Positions 47,954-58,475 of a stretch of DNA of 64,000 nucleotides are shown in pieces. The stretch comes from Bacteroidia bacterium (lineage in GTDB: Bacteria > Bacteroidota > Bacteroidia > NS11-12g > UBA955). Numbering within the stretch: the first letter of the stretch is position 1; each line of letters begins with the position of its first letter. The notes beneath the pieces were generated by a model, which searched no databases, had not been told where the DNA came from, and worked only from the letters and a program-made list of their open reading frames with translations. The DNA lies in contig JAWKNQ010000002.1 in NCBI GenBank assembly GCA_041391605.1, positions 21,417-85,416 of the forward strand, written 5' to 3'. Position numbers and translations under genes: made by a program.

Positions 47954-50900
47954 CTATTTTTCTACAATAATATTTATCAACTCCTTTCCAGTATCTAATG
48001 TATACACTCCATTTGCAAGTTTTGAGACATCAATTTGAGTGTCGTAATTTGAAACATTTATTGATAAAACATTTTTCCCTTGAGCATCAAATACTTCAAT
48101 GGTTTTAGGAAGTTTAACATTATTCTCGAAATGGACGTTGATAATATGGCTACTTGGTACTGGGTATACTCGAATAGAATGATTGATAATATCCTGAATA
48201 CTCGTTTCTTTTTCAATTCTAAAATTTATGGAAATGGAATTGTTAGAAGGAACCTGATCTGATTTGTAATCGGTAAATAAATATGCTTTGTATACACCCT
48301 TATCTAAATCAAGGATTGGAAAGTTATTTAACATATTAAAAGATCGAATCTCAGAAGCTGATAAGCCTTGAACAATCACACTGTCTCTATAAATTATTGT
48401 TTCAGCAAGAGTTTGAGTATCAACTAAAGCAATAAGTACTTTACAATCAAAATCTTCTAATGTGACAAGAGATTTGTTATTTAATTGAACTTGTGGAAGT
48501 ATTGGACCAGAAGTATTTACATATGTTTTACCATTCTGTGGAACGATGATACTATCAGCGACGAGGTCATATAACAATAAAAACTTCGTTTCACCTCCAG
48601 CGGTATCGTTAGTAATGAATTGATCTTTTGACCATTTTGTGTATGATTCTAATCTCACATCAAATGACGCACCATTAACACCAAAAGATGGATATTCTAG
48701 GATTAAAGTGTCTTTAGTCATGAAATTACTGTCAATTGTTTTTGAATACAATAGAACATTTGTAGGTTTTGTATAAATGTTTAAAATTGTAGAAAAACGA
48801 TCTGTAGTTAAGCTATCACCATAATTAACTACTTGAACTAAACCATTAATAGTTTGAATATTCGTAAGTATGGTGTCTCCACTTCCAGGATATAAGATTT
48901 TTGCAACCCCTATATCGTAATTTTTTTTGCCATAATAAACTCCTTGAATGGTGTCATTTGATTTGACAAAGTCTTTAGCTAAAACTGTATACACTTGAAC
49001 ATCATGAACTTCAGGAGAATAAAGTTGTAAGGATGTATCTAAAATAAATGTTTTAGTTTCATTACTATCGAGCGTTAAATTTCGAATTCTAATATAATTA
49101 ATACTTGTTCCTTTTGTTACTTTAAATACTAGAGTAAAAGGATTGCTTTGTGGCTCATAACCATTGTTTCTCAATGTTACAGATGATTCGTATACACTAT
49201 CCAGTTGTAAGCCAGAATTTACAGGTGGGGAGATTGAAACAACTTCAATGTCATCAGGAACACCAACTGAGAAATCACTATATAACGTATCATTTGCTCT
49301 GTATTGATCCTCAGGTACAGATGAATACACACGCATTCTATAGTATCCTTTTTGAATTGGTTGAAAGTCTTTAAAGAACAATGTTTGCACAATTCCTTTA
49401 AAGCTGTTGAGTGAACTTGAATCCCTGTATATCTGACTATCGTTATAAAAAATTTCACAATACGACCAGAAATTATCAACTATATGACCATCGCCAACAT
49501 TTTCAAGTTTTGCTTCTGGTTTTTTTGCTGAAACTGGAGGAGTGAGGCTGGTGTTGTTTTTGGGGTATTCTATAGAAGAAATTTGAACATCATTACTTCT
49601 AATTATTTTGAAAAATCTAAAGACAGTGTCATTTACTCGATTTACATCTGTTAATAATTGTGTAAATGCTACAAATTTGAAACTACCTTTTAAATCACAT
49701 GGGAATGTTTTGAATGAAGCCAATACACTATTCAAAGCTGTTAAAGAATAAGGTCTACTATCTGTATAAATCAATGTATTTGTACTGTCATAAATTTCAG
49801 CCCTAACATTAAACGGTCCTTGAAAGTCTAATCCATAATTTTGAATAAATACTGTTGGATAAATTGTGTCAACGAACTGCTCATAATCGTATCCAGAACT
49901 TGGGTCAAATATGGTTGCTGGGCCTACATCATTAAATGCAGCTATAATAAAAGTAGATCTAAGGGTGTCATTGTCTTTAAGCTGGTCAGATGGAAAAAGT
50001 GACACAACCTGGATATCGTAATCACCGGCTAATTTTGGAAGAAAACTTGAATCAAAAGTTATGATTTTGCTATCTCCACTGTAAAAGGTATCAGTAATAG
50101 AAGAAACGTAACTAGAGGTATATTCTAAGTAGCCATATCTAAAAATATTGAACTTAATTGTATAAGGGCTTGTAATATCTTTAGCACCATAATTGATTAC
50201 TTTAGCTTTAGGCGCAATGGTTGATACATTGGAAAGTTTTATTGTGTCTAAAGGTGTATAAATAACTGTTGGAGATAAGTCGAAATCTGCCTGTATTCTC
50301 GGTTCAATTGCAAATTTAAAAGGAGCATCTGGGGCAAAATCTACCCAACTTGAATCCCCAAGCGGAGCAGCATAGTAAAACGTATTGCTTCTCACAGGAC
50401 TTTCTGCTTGATAGCCAAATGCGACATTCTGCGTTCCTAATTGACGAACACCTACATAAAAATTGCTATCTATTTGAACCGGAGGTAAAACAGGAGAAAT
50501 AAATGTGGGTGCTGAAGTTAATGTATCAGAGGTCCAAATATTTGTTCCAGGTTTGCCTCCCGGACCATCTGATTTCCAAATGCCTAACTGGAATTTTTGG
50601 TTTGAAAGTGCAAAATTTACAGTAATTTGATTGATGTTTTTAGGTTGATTAGAGTGAAACTTTGCCACAAAGTCACCTGTATTTCCATTAAAACCTATTC
50701 CACCAGCAATTGGCAGTGTGGGGTCTTTATACGAATACACATATCCAGTTGCTAATCGAATAACGGATGAGCTATTGTTACTGCTGTTGCTGTCGTTTTG
50801 AGCGAATACCAATAAGGTGTCTAAGCCAGTATTATTAGGAAACAATGATGGCAATGAAAGCGTTTTTTCTTCAAGGTACTTTAAACTGTAATTTGCGGAA

Positions 50901-51724
50901 TCAATTAAATTATTTGAACCGGCACTTTTTAAATACATCTTAAAATTTGCATCTTTCTTGCCAACGTTTTGAATGATTGCCTTAACAGAATCAACGTTGC
51001 CACTAGGAACAGGAAGCTTACCAAGACTATATACTTTGCCAACAGAAATATCGAAATCATGCCTAGGAAATTCTATACGAATGGTTGGGTGAAGCTCTGA
51101 ACTTACATTAGTCGTATCTGTTAATGTACCCCCATTTGTTCTTGTAAATTTGGTTTGATTATTTCCATATCCAAATACAGAACCACTGTTTTCAAAAGTC
51201 CAAAAAATATTACTTGATTGAGCAGAAGTTTGGATGTATTCAACTAATATCTCAAGGTTTTTACCTAATACAGTATCAACAACATATGGTGTTGAAAATA
51301 GAAACCTAACCCATCCTTGCAAAGAGTCAATTTCATCTTGAGGATTTTTATCATACACTTTAGTCATTCCAGTTGTTCCAGTTAATCCTACCCAATTTAT
51401 ATTACCAATTCCATAATCCGAATTAACAGTAGTTCGCATGAAAATCTTCATATTGGCATTACCAATAATCGAATCACCACCATTTCTTAGAAATGAGATA
51501 CTTGTAATTGTATCATTATGCCTTAAGCTACTAACCGTGTTCTCGGGAAAAATATAAGCATATCGTGAACTTGCACCGGCAGATGTGCTAGAATTAATTG
51601 GTCCGGCAAAATTGGAGCCATTAAAACTTCCATTTCCCAATATTATGACTTGAGAATTCGAGTTTGACAAGATGAATAAAAAACAAAGAGAAATGGTGAC
51701 TTTTAAGTGGTATAGTTTTGCCAT
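47954..51724 (-). CDS. 1256-aa T9SS cargo with tandem CARDB-like repeats
   Basis: Signal peptide. At least 6 repeats start with hydrophobic-D-hydrophobic motifs (HDFDISVGKV, FNDVGPATIF, SNDVQISSIE, PDDIEVVSIS, NYDIGVAKIL, LYDLVADSII), each followed by a ...NxG... strand. C-terminal RVYPVPSS...GVYTL sorting domain. Confidence 0.7.
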   Translation of the reverse strand: MAKLYHLKVTISLCFLFILSNSNSQVIILGNGSFNGSNFAGPINSSTSAGASSRYAYIFPENTVSSLRHNDTITSISFLRNGGDSIIGNANMKIFMRTTVNSDYGIGNINWVGLTGTTGMTKVYDKNPQDEIDSLQGWVRFLFSTPYVVDTVLGKNLEILVEYIQTSAQSSNIFWTFENSGSVFGYGNNQTKFTRTNGGTLTDTTNVSSELHPTIRIEFPRHDFDISVGKVYSLGKLPVPSGNVDSVKAIIQNVGKKDANFKMYLKSAGSNNLIDSANYSLKYLEEKTLSLPSLFPNNTGLDTLLVFAQNDSNSSNNSSSVIRLATGYVYSYKDPTLPIAGGIGFNGNTGDFVAKFHSNQPKNINQITVNFALSNQKFQLGIWKSDGPGGKPGTNIWTSDTLTSAPTFISPVLPPVQIDSNFYVGVRQLGTQNVAFGYQAESPVRSNTFYYAAPLGDSSWVDFAPDAPFKFAIEPRIQADFDLSPTVIYTPLDTIKLSNVSTIAPKAKVINYGAKDITSPYTIKFNIFRYGYLEYTSSYVSSITDTFYSGDSKIITFDSSFLPKLAGDYDIQVVSLFPSDQLKDNDTLRSTFIIAAFNDVGPATIFDPSSGYDYEQFVDTIYPTVFIQNYGLDFQGPFNVRAEIYDSTNTLIYTDSRPYSLTALNSVLASFKTFPCDLKGSFKFVAFTQLLTDVNRVNDTVFRFFKIIRSNDVQISSIEYPKNNTSLTPPVSAKKPEAKLENVGDGHIVDNFWSYCEIFYNDSQIYRDSSSLNSFKGIVQTLFFKDFQPIQKGYYRMRVYSSVPEDQYRANDTLYSDFSVGVPDDIEVVSISPPVNSGLQLDSVYESSVTLRNNGYEPQSNPFTLVFKVTKGTSINYIRIRNLTLDSNETKTFILDTSLQLYSPEVHDVQVYTVLAKDFVKSNDTIQGVYYGKKNYDIGVAKILYPGSGDTILTNIQTINGLVQVVNYGDSLTTDRFSTILNIYTKPTNVLLYSKTIDSNFMTKDTLILEYPSFGVNGASFDVRLESYTKWSKDQFITNDTAGGETKFLLLYDLVADSIIVPQNGKTYVNTSGPILPQVQLNNKSLVTLEDFDCKVLIALVDTQTLAETIIYRDSVIVQGLSASEIRSFNMLNNFPILDLDKGVYKAYLFTDYKSDQVPSNNSISINFRIEKETSIQDIINHSIRVYPVPSSHIINVHFENNVKLPKTIEVFDAQGKNVLSINVSNYDTQIDVSKLANGVYTLDTGKELINIIVEK

Positions 51725-51912
51725 ATAGGGAGTTATGTAATGGAAAATTTAAATTTTATTGTATCCAATTTGTAAAAATACAGATTTGAAATGTAAAACA
51801 AAAATAACTAGAATAAAAATGACATGTGATTTACACAAGCATTAGAAAAAATTATGACAAATTATACTTACTCTCTAATAATTAAATAATTGGAAATCCG
51901 CTTAATAGATTT

Positions 51913-51920
51913 TATATTTG
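51913..51920 (+). promoter_or_regulatory. -7 promoter box TATATTTG
   Basis: Matches TAnnTTTG. Lies 10 nt upstream of the ATG at 51930. Confidence 0.45.
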
Positions 51921-51929
51921 CGTAATACA

Positions 51930-52898
51930 ATGGCATTAAAAGTTTCAAATGAAACCAAAGTGGGCGCTTTAGCGGCGATTGCAATCACTTTTTTGGTTTT
52001 GGGATACAATTTTCTTGCGGGAAGAGGTAGTTTTTTTTCTAAGAAATACACCTTAAACGCTATATTAACAGATGTAAGTGAAATAAGTAAATCCACACCT
52101 GTGTTGTATAATGGATATAAGGTTGGCAACGTTACAGATGTAGATTTATTGAAACCAGAAGGAAACTTTAAGGTGTTTTTTGTCATTAATGAGGATATTG
52201 ATGTGCCAAAAAATTCTTCAGTAAAGATAACAAGCGCACTTTTAGGAGGTAGAGCATTAAATTTAGTATTTAGTAATGAAAAGACTCTCGCAGAGAATGG
52301 ACAAACTCTTAAATCAATTGCTGATACCACTTTAATGGAATCAATGAGTAACGTTTTGAGGCCATTAAATTACAAAATCAACAGTATTGTTAATTCTTTA
52401 GATAGTTTACTCGCCAGTGGTGATTTAAATAAATCTGTATCCAGTTTAAATACATCTCTAAGGGCATTTACGCGTATAAGCGATAATGCTTCTTCAATGT
52501 TAGAGCAAAACATGCCTAAATTAAATGGAATTATTTCAAACGTTGAAAGCATAACACAAAATTTAAAGAACAATAATGCCAATATTAGTTTAATCGTGTC
52601 AAACTTAAAGTCAACTTCAGATAATATTGCGGCCATGAAGTTGAAAGAAACAGTTGATAGAGCAAACAAACTAATGCTGGATTTGAGTTCTATTATGGAT
52701 AAAGTGAATTCAGGCGAAGGTTCATTGGGGCTGCTTGTTAATGATAAAGCTTTGTACAATAATTTAAATGCAACTGCACTTGACCTTGATAAATTATTGA
52801 AGGATTTAAATGCATTTCCAGCAAAATATTTCCCAATTCCTTTTACTAAGAAGCAAAGAAAGAAGGCAATAGAGCAAAGTAATACTGCCAATCCTTGA
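51930..52898 (+). CDS. MlaD/MCE family protein
   Basis: N-terminal TM helix KVGALAAIAITFLVLGY. MCE domain (VLYNGYKVGNVTDVDL). Long helical N/S/L-rich C-terminus. Confidence 0.75.
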   Translation: MALKVSNETKVGALAAIAITFLVLGYNFLAGRGSFFSKKYTLNAILTDVSEISKSTPVLYNGYKVGNVTDVDLLKPEGNFKVFFVINEDIDVPKNSSVKITSALLGGRALNLVFSNEKTLAENGQTLKSIADTTLMESMSNVLRPLNYKINSIVNSLDSLLASGDLNKSVSSLNTSLRAFTRISDNASSMLEQNMPKLNGIISNVESITQNLKNNNANISLIVSNLKSTSDNIAAMKLKETVDRANKLMLDLSSIMDKVNSGEGSLGLLVNDKALYNNLNATALDLDKLLKDLNAFPAKYFPIPFTKKQRKKAIEQSNTANP

Positions 52899-53064
52899 TA
52901 TTTTTAAAATTGATATTTTTATAATTCTTTTTTTATCGTATCATTGCAGTGTTGCAAGAGCTAATTTTATAGTCTAGAAGTACATTCTTACAACACCCCC
53001 TCAAAATTTTGTCACACGGTAATTATTTTAGAATCCCTATTATCATTATTCCTTTATATTAACA

Positions 53065-54732
53065 ATGGAAAGTAAAAACTTATTAGATAAGTCGATTGAA
53101 GAGCTGAACGTTATAGCCAGTACAATTGGTCTTCAAAACACGGCAGATTTGGAAAAAGATGCATTGATTGCGAAAATTTTAGACTCTGAAAAATCTGAGA
53201 ACAATACCCCTCAAGAAGATGTTAAAGCTAAGAAGCCTAGAACCAAATCAAAAACTACAAAGAAAGCTGATGAAGAAAAAAAGATTGACTCTGAAAATGT
53301 AAATTCACAAGTAGAGAATTCTGAGAGTTCAAATGATATAGTTTCAAAAGAAATTGAAGAAAATTCATCTGAGTTCAAAAATGATAAGAAAGGTGGAAAC
53401 CAAAAACACAACAGAAATAAAGGGCAACATCAAGAAAAAGCAGAGTCAAGTAACAATACTGATGTAGATAATGACGCTGTTAATCGTAATAAAGCAAAAC
53501 AGCAAGAAGAACACCAGAAACAAATAGAGCAGCAGCGTCAAGATAGAGAAAAAGCGGATAAAGAAAAGCAAGAAAGAGAAGCTGCTAAACGAGAACGTAT
53601 CCAACAATTACTTGAATTAGAGGGGGTTGTTACAACTCAAGGTGTATTAGAAGTTGTTCAAGATGGCTTCGGTTTCTTAAGGTCTTCAGATTATAATTAT
53701 ATGGCCTCACCTGATGATGTATACTTGGCTCCTCATCATGTAAGATCTCATGGATTAAAGACTGGTGATACAGTTTTATGTTCAATTCGCCCCCCTAAAG
53801 AAGGTGAAAAATATTTTGCCATGGTAAAGGTTGAAAAAATCAATGGTAAAACTGTAGAACAAATACGCGACAGAGTTAGTTTCGAGCATTTAACGCCTTT
53901 ATTCCCAGATGAGAAATTAGATTTAGTTGATAAAAACGACAACTACAGCAATCGAATTATAGATTTGGTGTCACCTATTGGAAAAGGCCAACGTGGATTA
54001 ATTGTTGCTCAACCAAAAACTGGTAAAACACAATTACTTAAAAGTCTGGCCAATGCAATTGCCACAAATCACCCTGAGGTTTACATGATCATTTTATTGA
54101 TAGATGAAAGACCTGAAGAAGTTACCGATATGGCCAGAAGTGTAAATGCAGAAGTTGTTGCAAGTACTTTTGATGAACCGGCTGATAAGCATGTAAAATT
54201 GGCCAATATTGTACTAGAGAAAGCTAAGCGTTTAACTGAAAGTGGTCATGATGTTGTTATCTTATTGGATTCAATTACTCGTTTAGCGAGAGCATACAAT
54301 ACTGTTCAACCAGCATCGGGTAAGATTCTATCAGGTGGTGTAGATGCAAACGCCCTACAAAAACCAAAGCGTTTCTTTGGTGCAGCAAGAAATATTGAAA
54401 ATGGAGGATCTCTTACCATCATTGCAACTGCGCTTACTGAGACTGGTTCAAAAATGGATGAAGTCATTTTTGAGGAATTCAAAGGTACAGGTAATATGGA
54501 ATTGCAACTCGATAGAAAATTAAGCAATAAACGTATTTATCCAGCTATTGATATCGTAAGTTCAAGTACAAGAAGGGAAGATATGTTGCTGGATAAAAGT
54601 ACACTTCAAAAACTTTGGGTACTTCGAAACCATTTAGCAGATATGAATAGTGAAGAAGCATTAAAAACTATGTTAAAATACATGGAAGGCACTAAGAATA
54701 ATTTAGAATTCTTGGTTAGTATGAATGGTTAG
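53065..54732 (+). CDS. rho: Transcription termination factor Rho with about 150-aa disordered N-terminal insertion
   Basis: Rho_N helix bundle ([12 protein letters not shown]). K/E/Q/N-rich insert. CSD-like [15 protein letters not shown]. Walker [10 protein letters not shown]-terminal KRIYPAIDI. Confidence 0.95.
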   Translation: MESKNLLDKSIEELNVIASTIGLQNTADLEKDALIAKILDSEKSENNTPQEDVKAKKPRTKSKTTKKADEEKKIDSENVNSQVENSESSNDIVSKEIEENSSEFKNDKKGGNQKHNRNKGQHQEKAESSNNTDVDNDAVNRNKAKQQEEHQKQIEQQRQDREKADKEKQEREAAKRERIQQLLELEGVVTTQGVLEVVQDGFGFLRSSDYNYMASPDDVYLAPHHVRSHGLKTGDTVLCSIRPPKEGEKYFAMVKVEKINGKTVEQIRDRVSFEHLTPLFPDEKLDLVDKNDNYSNRIIDLVSPIGKGQRGLIVAQPKTGKTQLLKSLANAIATNHPEVYMIILLIDERPEEVTDMARSVNAEVVASTFDEPADKHVKLANIVLEKAKRLTESGHDVVILLDSITRLARAYNTVQPASGKILSGGVDANALQKPKRFFGAARNIENGGSLTIIATALTETGSKMDEVIFEEFKGTGNMELQLDRKLSNKRIYPAIDIVSSSTRREDMLLDKSTLQKLWVLRNHLADMNSEEALKTMLKYMEGTKNNLEFLVSMNG

Positions 54733-54757
54733 GTTCTAATCTCTAGCTAACAAAATC

Positions 54758-56158
54758 TTACATAGAAGCCACAAAACTAATGTAGAACCTTCTGTTTAAG
54801 AATTTATCAGCAGCATATTCAATTCTTGTACAATAGTCGTAAAACATTACAAAGTTTATTCCTACTCCACCACCTCTTTGTAGGCTATTAGGAAGGATAT
54901 TGTTGCTGTATAAGGTTGTTTTTTCATATGCATTTTGCACATATCCCAAATCATAGAAACTACTTAAGTAAACTGAAATTGGTAAAACTTCGTAATTCCT
55001 TAGTTTAGGCAGAAACTTATATTTCTTATCTAAAATTTGATATTTAATTTCAGCTTTACCTAAAGCAAAATTATTGCCATCGATAACATTTAATTCATAT
55101 CCACGTATATAATCTTTTCCATAACCCAATGCTTGTATTTTACTGTATGGAGGATAGTCGTTTGAATAATACCTTAAGGTACCATGAAATGAACCATATA
55201 GTTTTCTGAATATTGGGAAATATTTAGAGTATGAACCTTTTAAACTTAAAGTGTGAAGGTTTTTGGAAGGCAGATTAAATTGAGATAATTCAATGTTTAA
55301 TTTGAGCAGGTTTCCTTTTAGAGGGAATCCTTTAAAATCTCTTCTATCATATATATAGTGATACCCCAAATATAATTCAGTTTGTGAATTTTGGTTATTA
55401 AGTAAATATCGCCTATTTACCTCATAGGTTGCAACAGTATCTGCAATGTTGGTTTGTCGTATGCCACTGAATATATTGTGATAGGAGAATATTTTCTTAC
55501 GATGTGTTAAGGTCAATTCAGCATTCTTTCGAGTCAATAATATTTTGTCATTATCTCTAAAAAATTGAACTTTATCTTCTTCTGTTTTATACCATACTTC
55601 ACGATTGGTACTGTAATGGGCATCTACTTGTAATCCCCATGTTTGTTTTTTATTAAAATACGGAATTTTATATTTTATAGCGGCCATTTTTGTGTAACCG
55701 CTTAACAATCTTAATGTCATCGTTTCATTTCGACCACGTATGTTATACCATTCAAGATTAACACCGTATATTAATCGGTTAAAATCCTTACTGAGCCACC
55801 ATTGGTTGAAATTTCGATCTGCATAATCCAACTGTGGAATTGGCCAAATATACCAACGTTCTGTGACATGTATTGTAACTAATCCGCCATCCTTTTCCAC
55901 TGACACTTCATTGAAAATATATAAATTGATGAGTTGTTTTCGACTTTGCTCTTTATGATAAGACCAATTGTGAATGGTGTCGCCTAATTTGAAACTGATT
56001 TCTCTTAATATTATTTTAGTCTTTGTTTTGTTGTTTCCAGAAATATAAATAGAATCAACTCTGAACACAGAGTCTAAAGCTTGTCCATTGATAACTGAAT
56101 GAATGAAGAATGAAAAGAAGAAAGAATAAAGAAGTTTACTAGAAGGCGATTTAAACAT
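54758..56158 (-). CDS. BamA/TamA-family outer membrane protein (single POTRA + beta-barrel)
   Basis: Signal peptide. POTRA-like IYISGNNKTKTKIILREISFKLGDTI. Y/F/N-rich barrel region. Confidence 0.6.
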   Translation of the reverse strand: MFKSPSSKLLYSFFFSFFIHSVINGQALDSVFRVDSIYISGNNKTKTKIILREISFKLGDTIHNWSYHKEQSRKQLINLYIFNEVSVEKDGGLVTIHVTERWYIWPIPQLDYADRNFNQWWLSKDFNRLIYGVNLEWYNIRGRNETMTLRLLSGYTKMAAIKYKIPYFNKKQTWGLQVDAHYSTNREVWYKTEEDKVQFFRDNDKILLTRKNAELTLTHRKKIFSYHNIFSGIRQTNIADTVATYEVNRRYLLNNQNSQTELYLGYHYIYDRRDFKGFPLKGNLLKLNIELSQFNLPSKNLHTLSLKGSYSKYFPIFRKLYGSFHGTLRYYSNDYPPYSKIQALGYGKDYIRGYELNVIDGNNFALGKAEIKYQILDKKYKFLPKLRNYEVLPISVYLSSFYDLGYVQNAYEKTTLYSNNILPNSLQRGGGVGINFVMFYDYCTRIEYAADKFLNRRFYISFVASM

Positions 56159-56813
56159 CTATAAATTTCATTAAATTGAAATATCTTTGGTCGAGGTCAT
56201 CTGTTAAATCTTCACGATTAAAATATTGCACTACTTTATAGTCGTAACGCTCTAATGTTGCTAAAATGTGTTTGAGAACAGTTGTGTTTAGTTTGAGATG
56301 GATGTCAAGTTCGTCGCTGTTTTCAACTTCATAAATAAACAAACCAAGTATTTTAGCATCACTGTATTCTATGATTCTAGATAAATCACTTAACGAATAG
56401 TCAATCGGTTTTACTCGGATCACAAGAATACTTCCTGCGTTTCGAATCGTTAAGCTTGAGCTTATGGCATCTATCGTGTCTTGCGTTTCTAAAACACCTT
56501 GAAATAGACCTTCAGCATCAACAACTGCAATTAAAGGGGCATTAAAGGTTTTAAGCTGTGAGCAAATATCCAATAAATGTTGGTTTGAATTTACAGATGG
56601 TAATATTGAACTGAACTGAGGAAGAGTAGATATCTTATCAGAGCTGTTTCTACTTTGGAGGTCTTCAAGTGAAGCGTAATTTACAAGAATATCTGAATCA
56701 ACAACTGGCATTAAATCAAGTTTCAAATCTTCCATTTTTTCTATGGCGTCTTCAATTTTTTGCTCTGGATTTAAAGGAACAAAATCATAACTTATGTAGT
56801 GGTCTAATAACAT
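56151..56813 (-). CDS. CBS domain pair protein
   Basis: 220 aa with two CBS-like repeats (PLNPEQKIEDAIEKMEDLKLDLMPVVD; APLIAVVDAEGLFQGVL). 8-nt overlap with the downstream OMP gene. Confidence 0.5.
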   Translation of the reverse strand: MLLDHYISYDFVPLNPEQKIEDAIEKMEDLKLDLMPVVDSDILVNYASLEDLQSRNSSDKISTLPQFSSILPSVNSNQHLLDICSQLKTFNAPLIAVVDAEGLFQGVLETQDTIDAISSSLTIRNAGSILVIRVKPIDYSLSDLSRIIEYSDAKILGLFIYEVENSDELDIHLKLNTTVLKHILATLERYDYKVVQYFNREDLTDDLDQRYFNLMKFIDV

Positions 56814-56892
56814 GATTTATTACAAAGGTAGCAATTTAGACATTGTCATCAAAATATTCATTGACAACAAATAAATCTATTCTATAAAGCGA

Positions 56893-58386
56893 TCAAAAGA
56901 TACCACAATTTTGTTTTTGTGTACTGTGTTTTTTACGCTTTTGTTTTGTTTGTTTCTTAAAGCTTTTAGCGTTAAAATTTCCGAATGCTATCCCTGCAAA
57001 TAGGTCGACATCTCTAAAACCTCTTGTATAAATAAAGGAAGCTAAATTGTTGCTGCCTATATAAACAGGGCCAATTCTTAAGGAAGTTCCAATTCTCAAA
57101 GAACGGTAATCATATTCGAGCATTGCAGGAACAGAAATTTCAAAAAATCTGCTTTCATACCTTGGAGATACCATTAAAAAGTTTTGATAGCGGTTGTGTT
57201 CTGAACTTCTTTTTCTCAAACTTTGAGAAATAATTGACGATACAAAGACATTTTTACGAAATTGAAAATCGCCTGAGAGCATAATTCGAGTAGGTAAACC
57301 TATGTTGATATTACTTTGGTATTGCGAAAAATTAGAGAATTGTCTTAGAAATGAATCAGCAATCAGTTGATAATTGTCCGACTGCTTAATTGAATTAAAA
57401 TTTGAAGTGTTGGTGGAAATTCCTGTAGTTTCATTTAAACTTACCTCACGATAAGTAGCATCTTGATATTTGATTCGTCCAATGTCCAAAATAGAGAATC
57501 CAAGTTTTGCAAAATATTCTGTCCGTGTTTTCGAATAGTTGCCATTTCTTTTAAAGCTTTTCTTATTAAAGATATATGATATACCGATATCACTGCCCCA
57601 GCCATTTCCCATTTCTTCACCGTAACTTATAAGCTGAAATTTACCAGGACTAAAAATTAAGCTGTCCTGAAATTGACTGTTTACAGATATTGCATCACTT
57701 TTAAAGTAAAACCCAGGAAGACCCCATACCTTTTTTAGGTTGATACCAAATAAAACTTGTCTCTGCCAATCTAATTCAAAAGATTTTGCAACATTGATGC
57801 CCAAGTTTATTCTTGAATTTCCGCTTATATTAAATGCATTCATGAAACTTTGCCCTGAATTTTGTGTGGCATTGAATTGTGAAAATGCACCTTGAGCAGA
57901 ATCAAATTCATACCAAATAGCATGTGCCAAATTTTCCGGGAGTTTTGATACTCTAATTCCCGCTGAAGCCTGAGAAAAAAAACCAAAACTCCATGATTTA
58001 ATAGAAACTGAAGCGGAAGGTCCATATACATCAGATGAAACTGAAATGTGCTTTGGCCTTCCATTTAAGTGTTCTCTTAACCAAAATTTATCAAATTGTG
58101 GATTGCCAGATTCTGTTTTATAGTTTGGAGGAATTCTATTTGGTATTTTATAAACAGAATAAGGCATATGCAAACTGAGATAATTGTTATTTGCATTCAC
58201 CCAAAATCCAGCTAAATTTACCTGCCATTTAAATTTACTGTATCCTGGCAAAGATGGATTTAAATAAATTGAATGGACTTTGCCATAGTTTCCTATTGCC
58301 AATTGCATATGTTGCTGTGCAGTGGATGTTTTGAATATTCCACAAAAAAACAATAGAAGTATGACGTACAATTTAATTGTGCCCAT
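56893..58386 (-). CDS. Outer-membrane beta-barrel-like protein of unknown family
   Basis: Signal peptide ending STAQQ. 497 aa with alternating beta pattern. Basic tail KKQTKQKRKKH ending in F. Family not recognised with confidence. Confidence 0.35.
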   Translation of the reverse strand: MGTIKLYVILLLFFCGIFKTSTAQQHMQLAIGNYGKVHSIYLNPSLPGYSKFKWQVNLAGFWVNANNNYLSLHMPYSVYKIPNRIPPNYKTESGNPQFDKFWLREHLNGRPKHISVSSDVYGPSASVSIKSWSFGFFSQASAGIRVSKLPENLAHAIWYEFDSAQGAFSQFNATQNSGQSFMNAFNISGNSRINLGINVAKSFELDWQRQVLFGINLKKVWGLPGFYFKSDAISVNSQFQDSLIFSPGKFQLISYGEEMGNGWGSDIGISYIFNKKSFKRNGNYSKTRTEYFAKLGFSILDIGRIKYQDATYREVSLNETTGISTNTSNFNSIKQSDNYQLIADSFLRQFSNFSQYQSNINIGLPTRIMLSGDFQFRKNVFVSSIISQSLRKRSSEHNRYQNFLMVSPRYESRFFEISVPAMLEYDYRSLRIGTSLRIGPVYIGSNNLASFIYTRGFRDVDLFAGIAFGNFNAKSFKKQTKQKRKKHSTQKQNCGIF

Positions 58387-58475
58387 ACTTATTAAACTGC
58401 AGTTTCTTAAAAAAGTTGCTTTTAAAAGTTAAGAAAAATCAAATCAGTATCTTAAACTATTGGTTTTTAGCTGTT

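Noticed and set aside
47430-51724. BCCP-like biotin carrier and the giant T9SS protein as a functional pair
   Set aside because: The only link is adjacency on the same strand. A cytoplasmic biotin carrier and an exported adhesin have no plausible shared pathway.
51902-52891. Two long antisense ORFs (142 and 173 aa) opposite mlaD
   Set aside because: They exactly shadow a gene with clear MCE-family features. Their sequences are low-complexity (L/S/F/K-rich), as expected from the reverse complement of an AT-rich gene, and no promoter box or family signature supports them.
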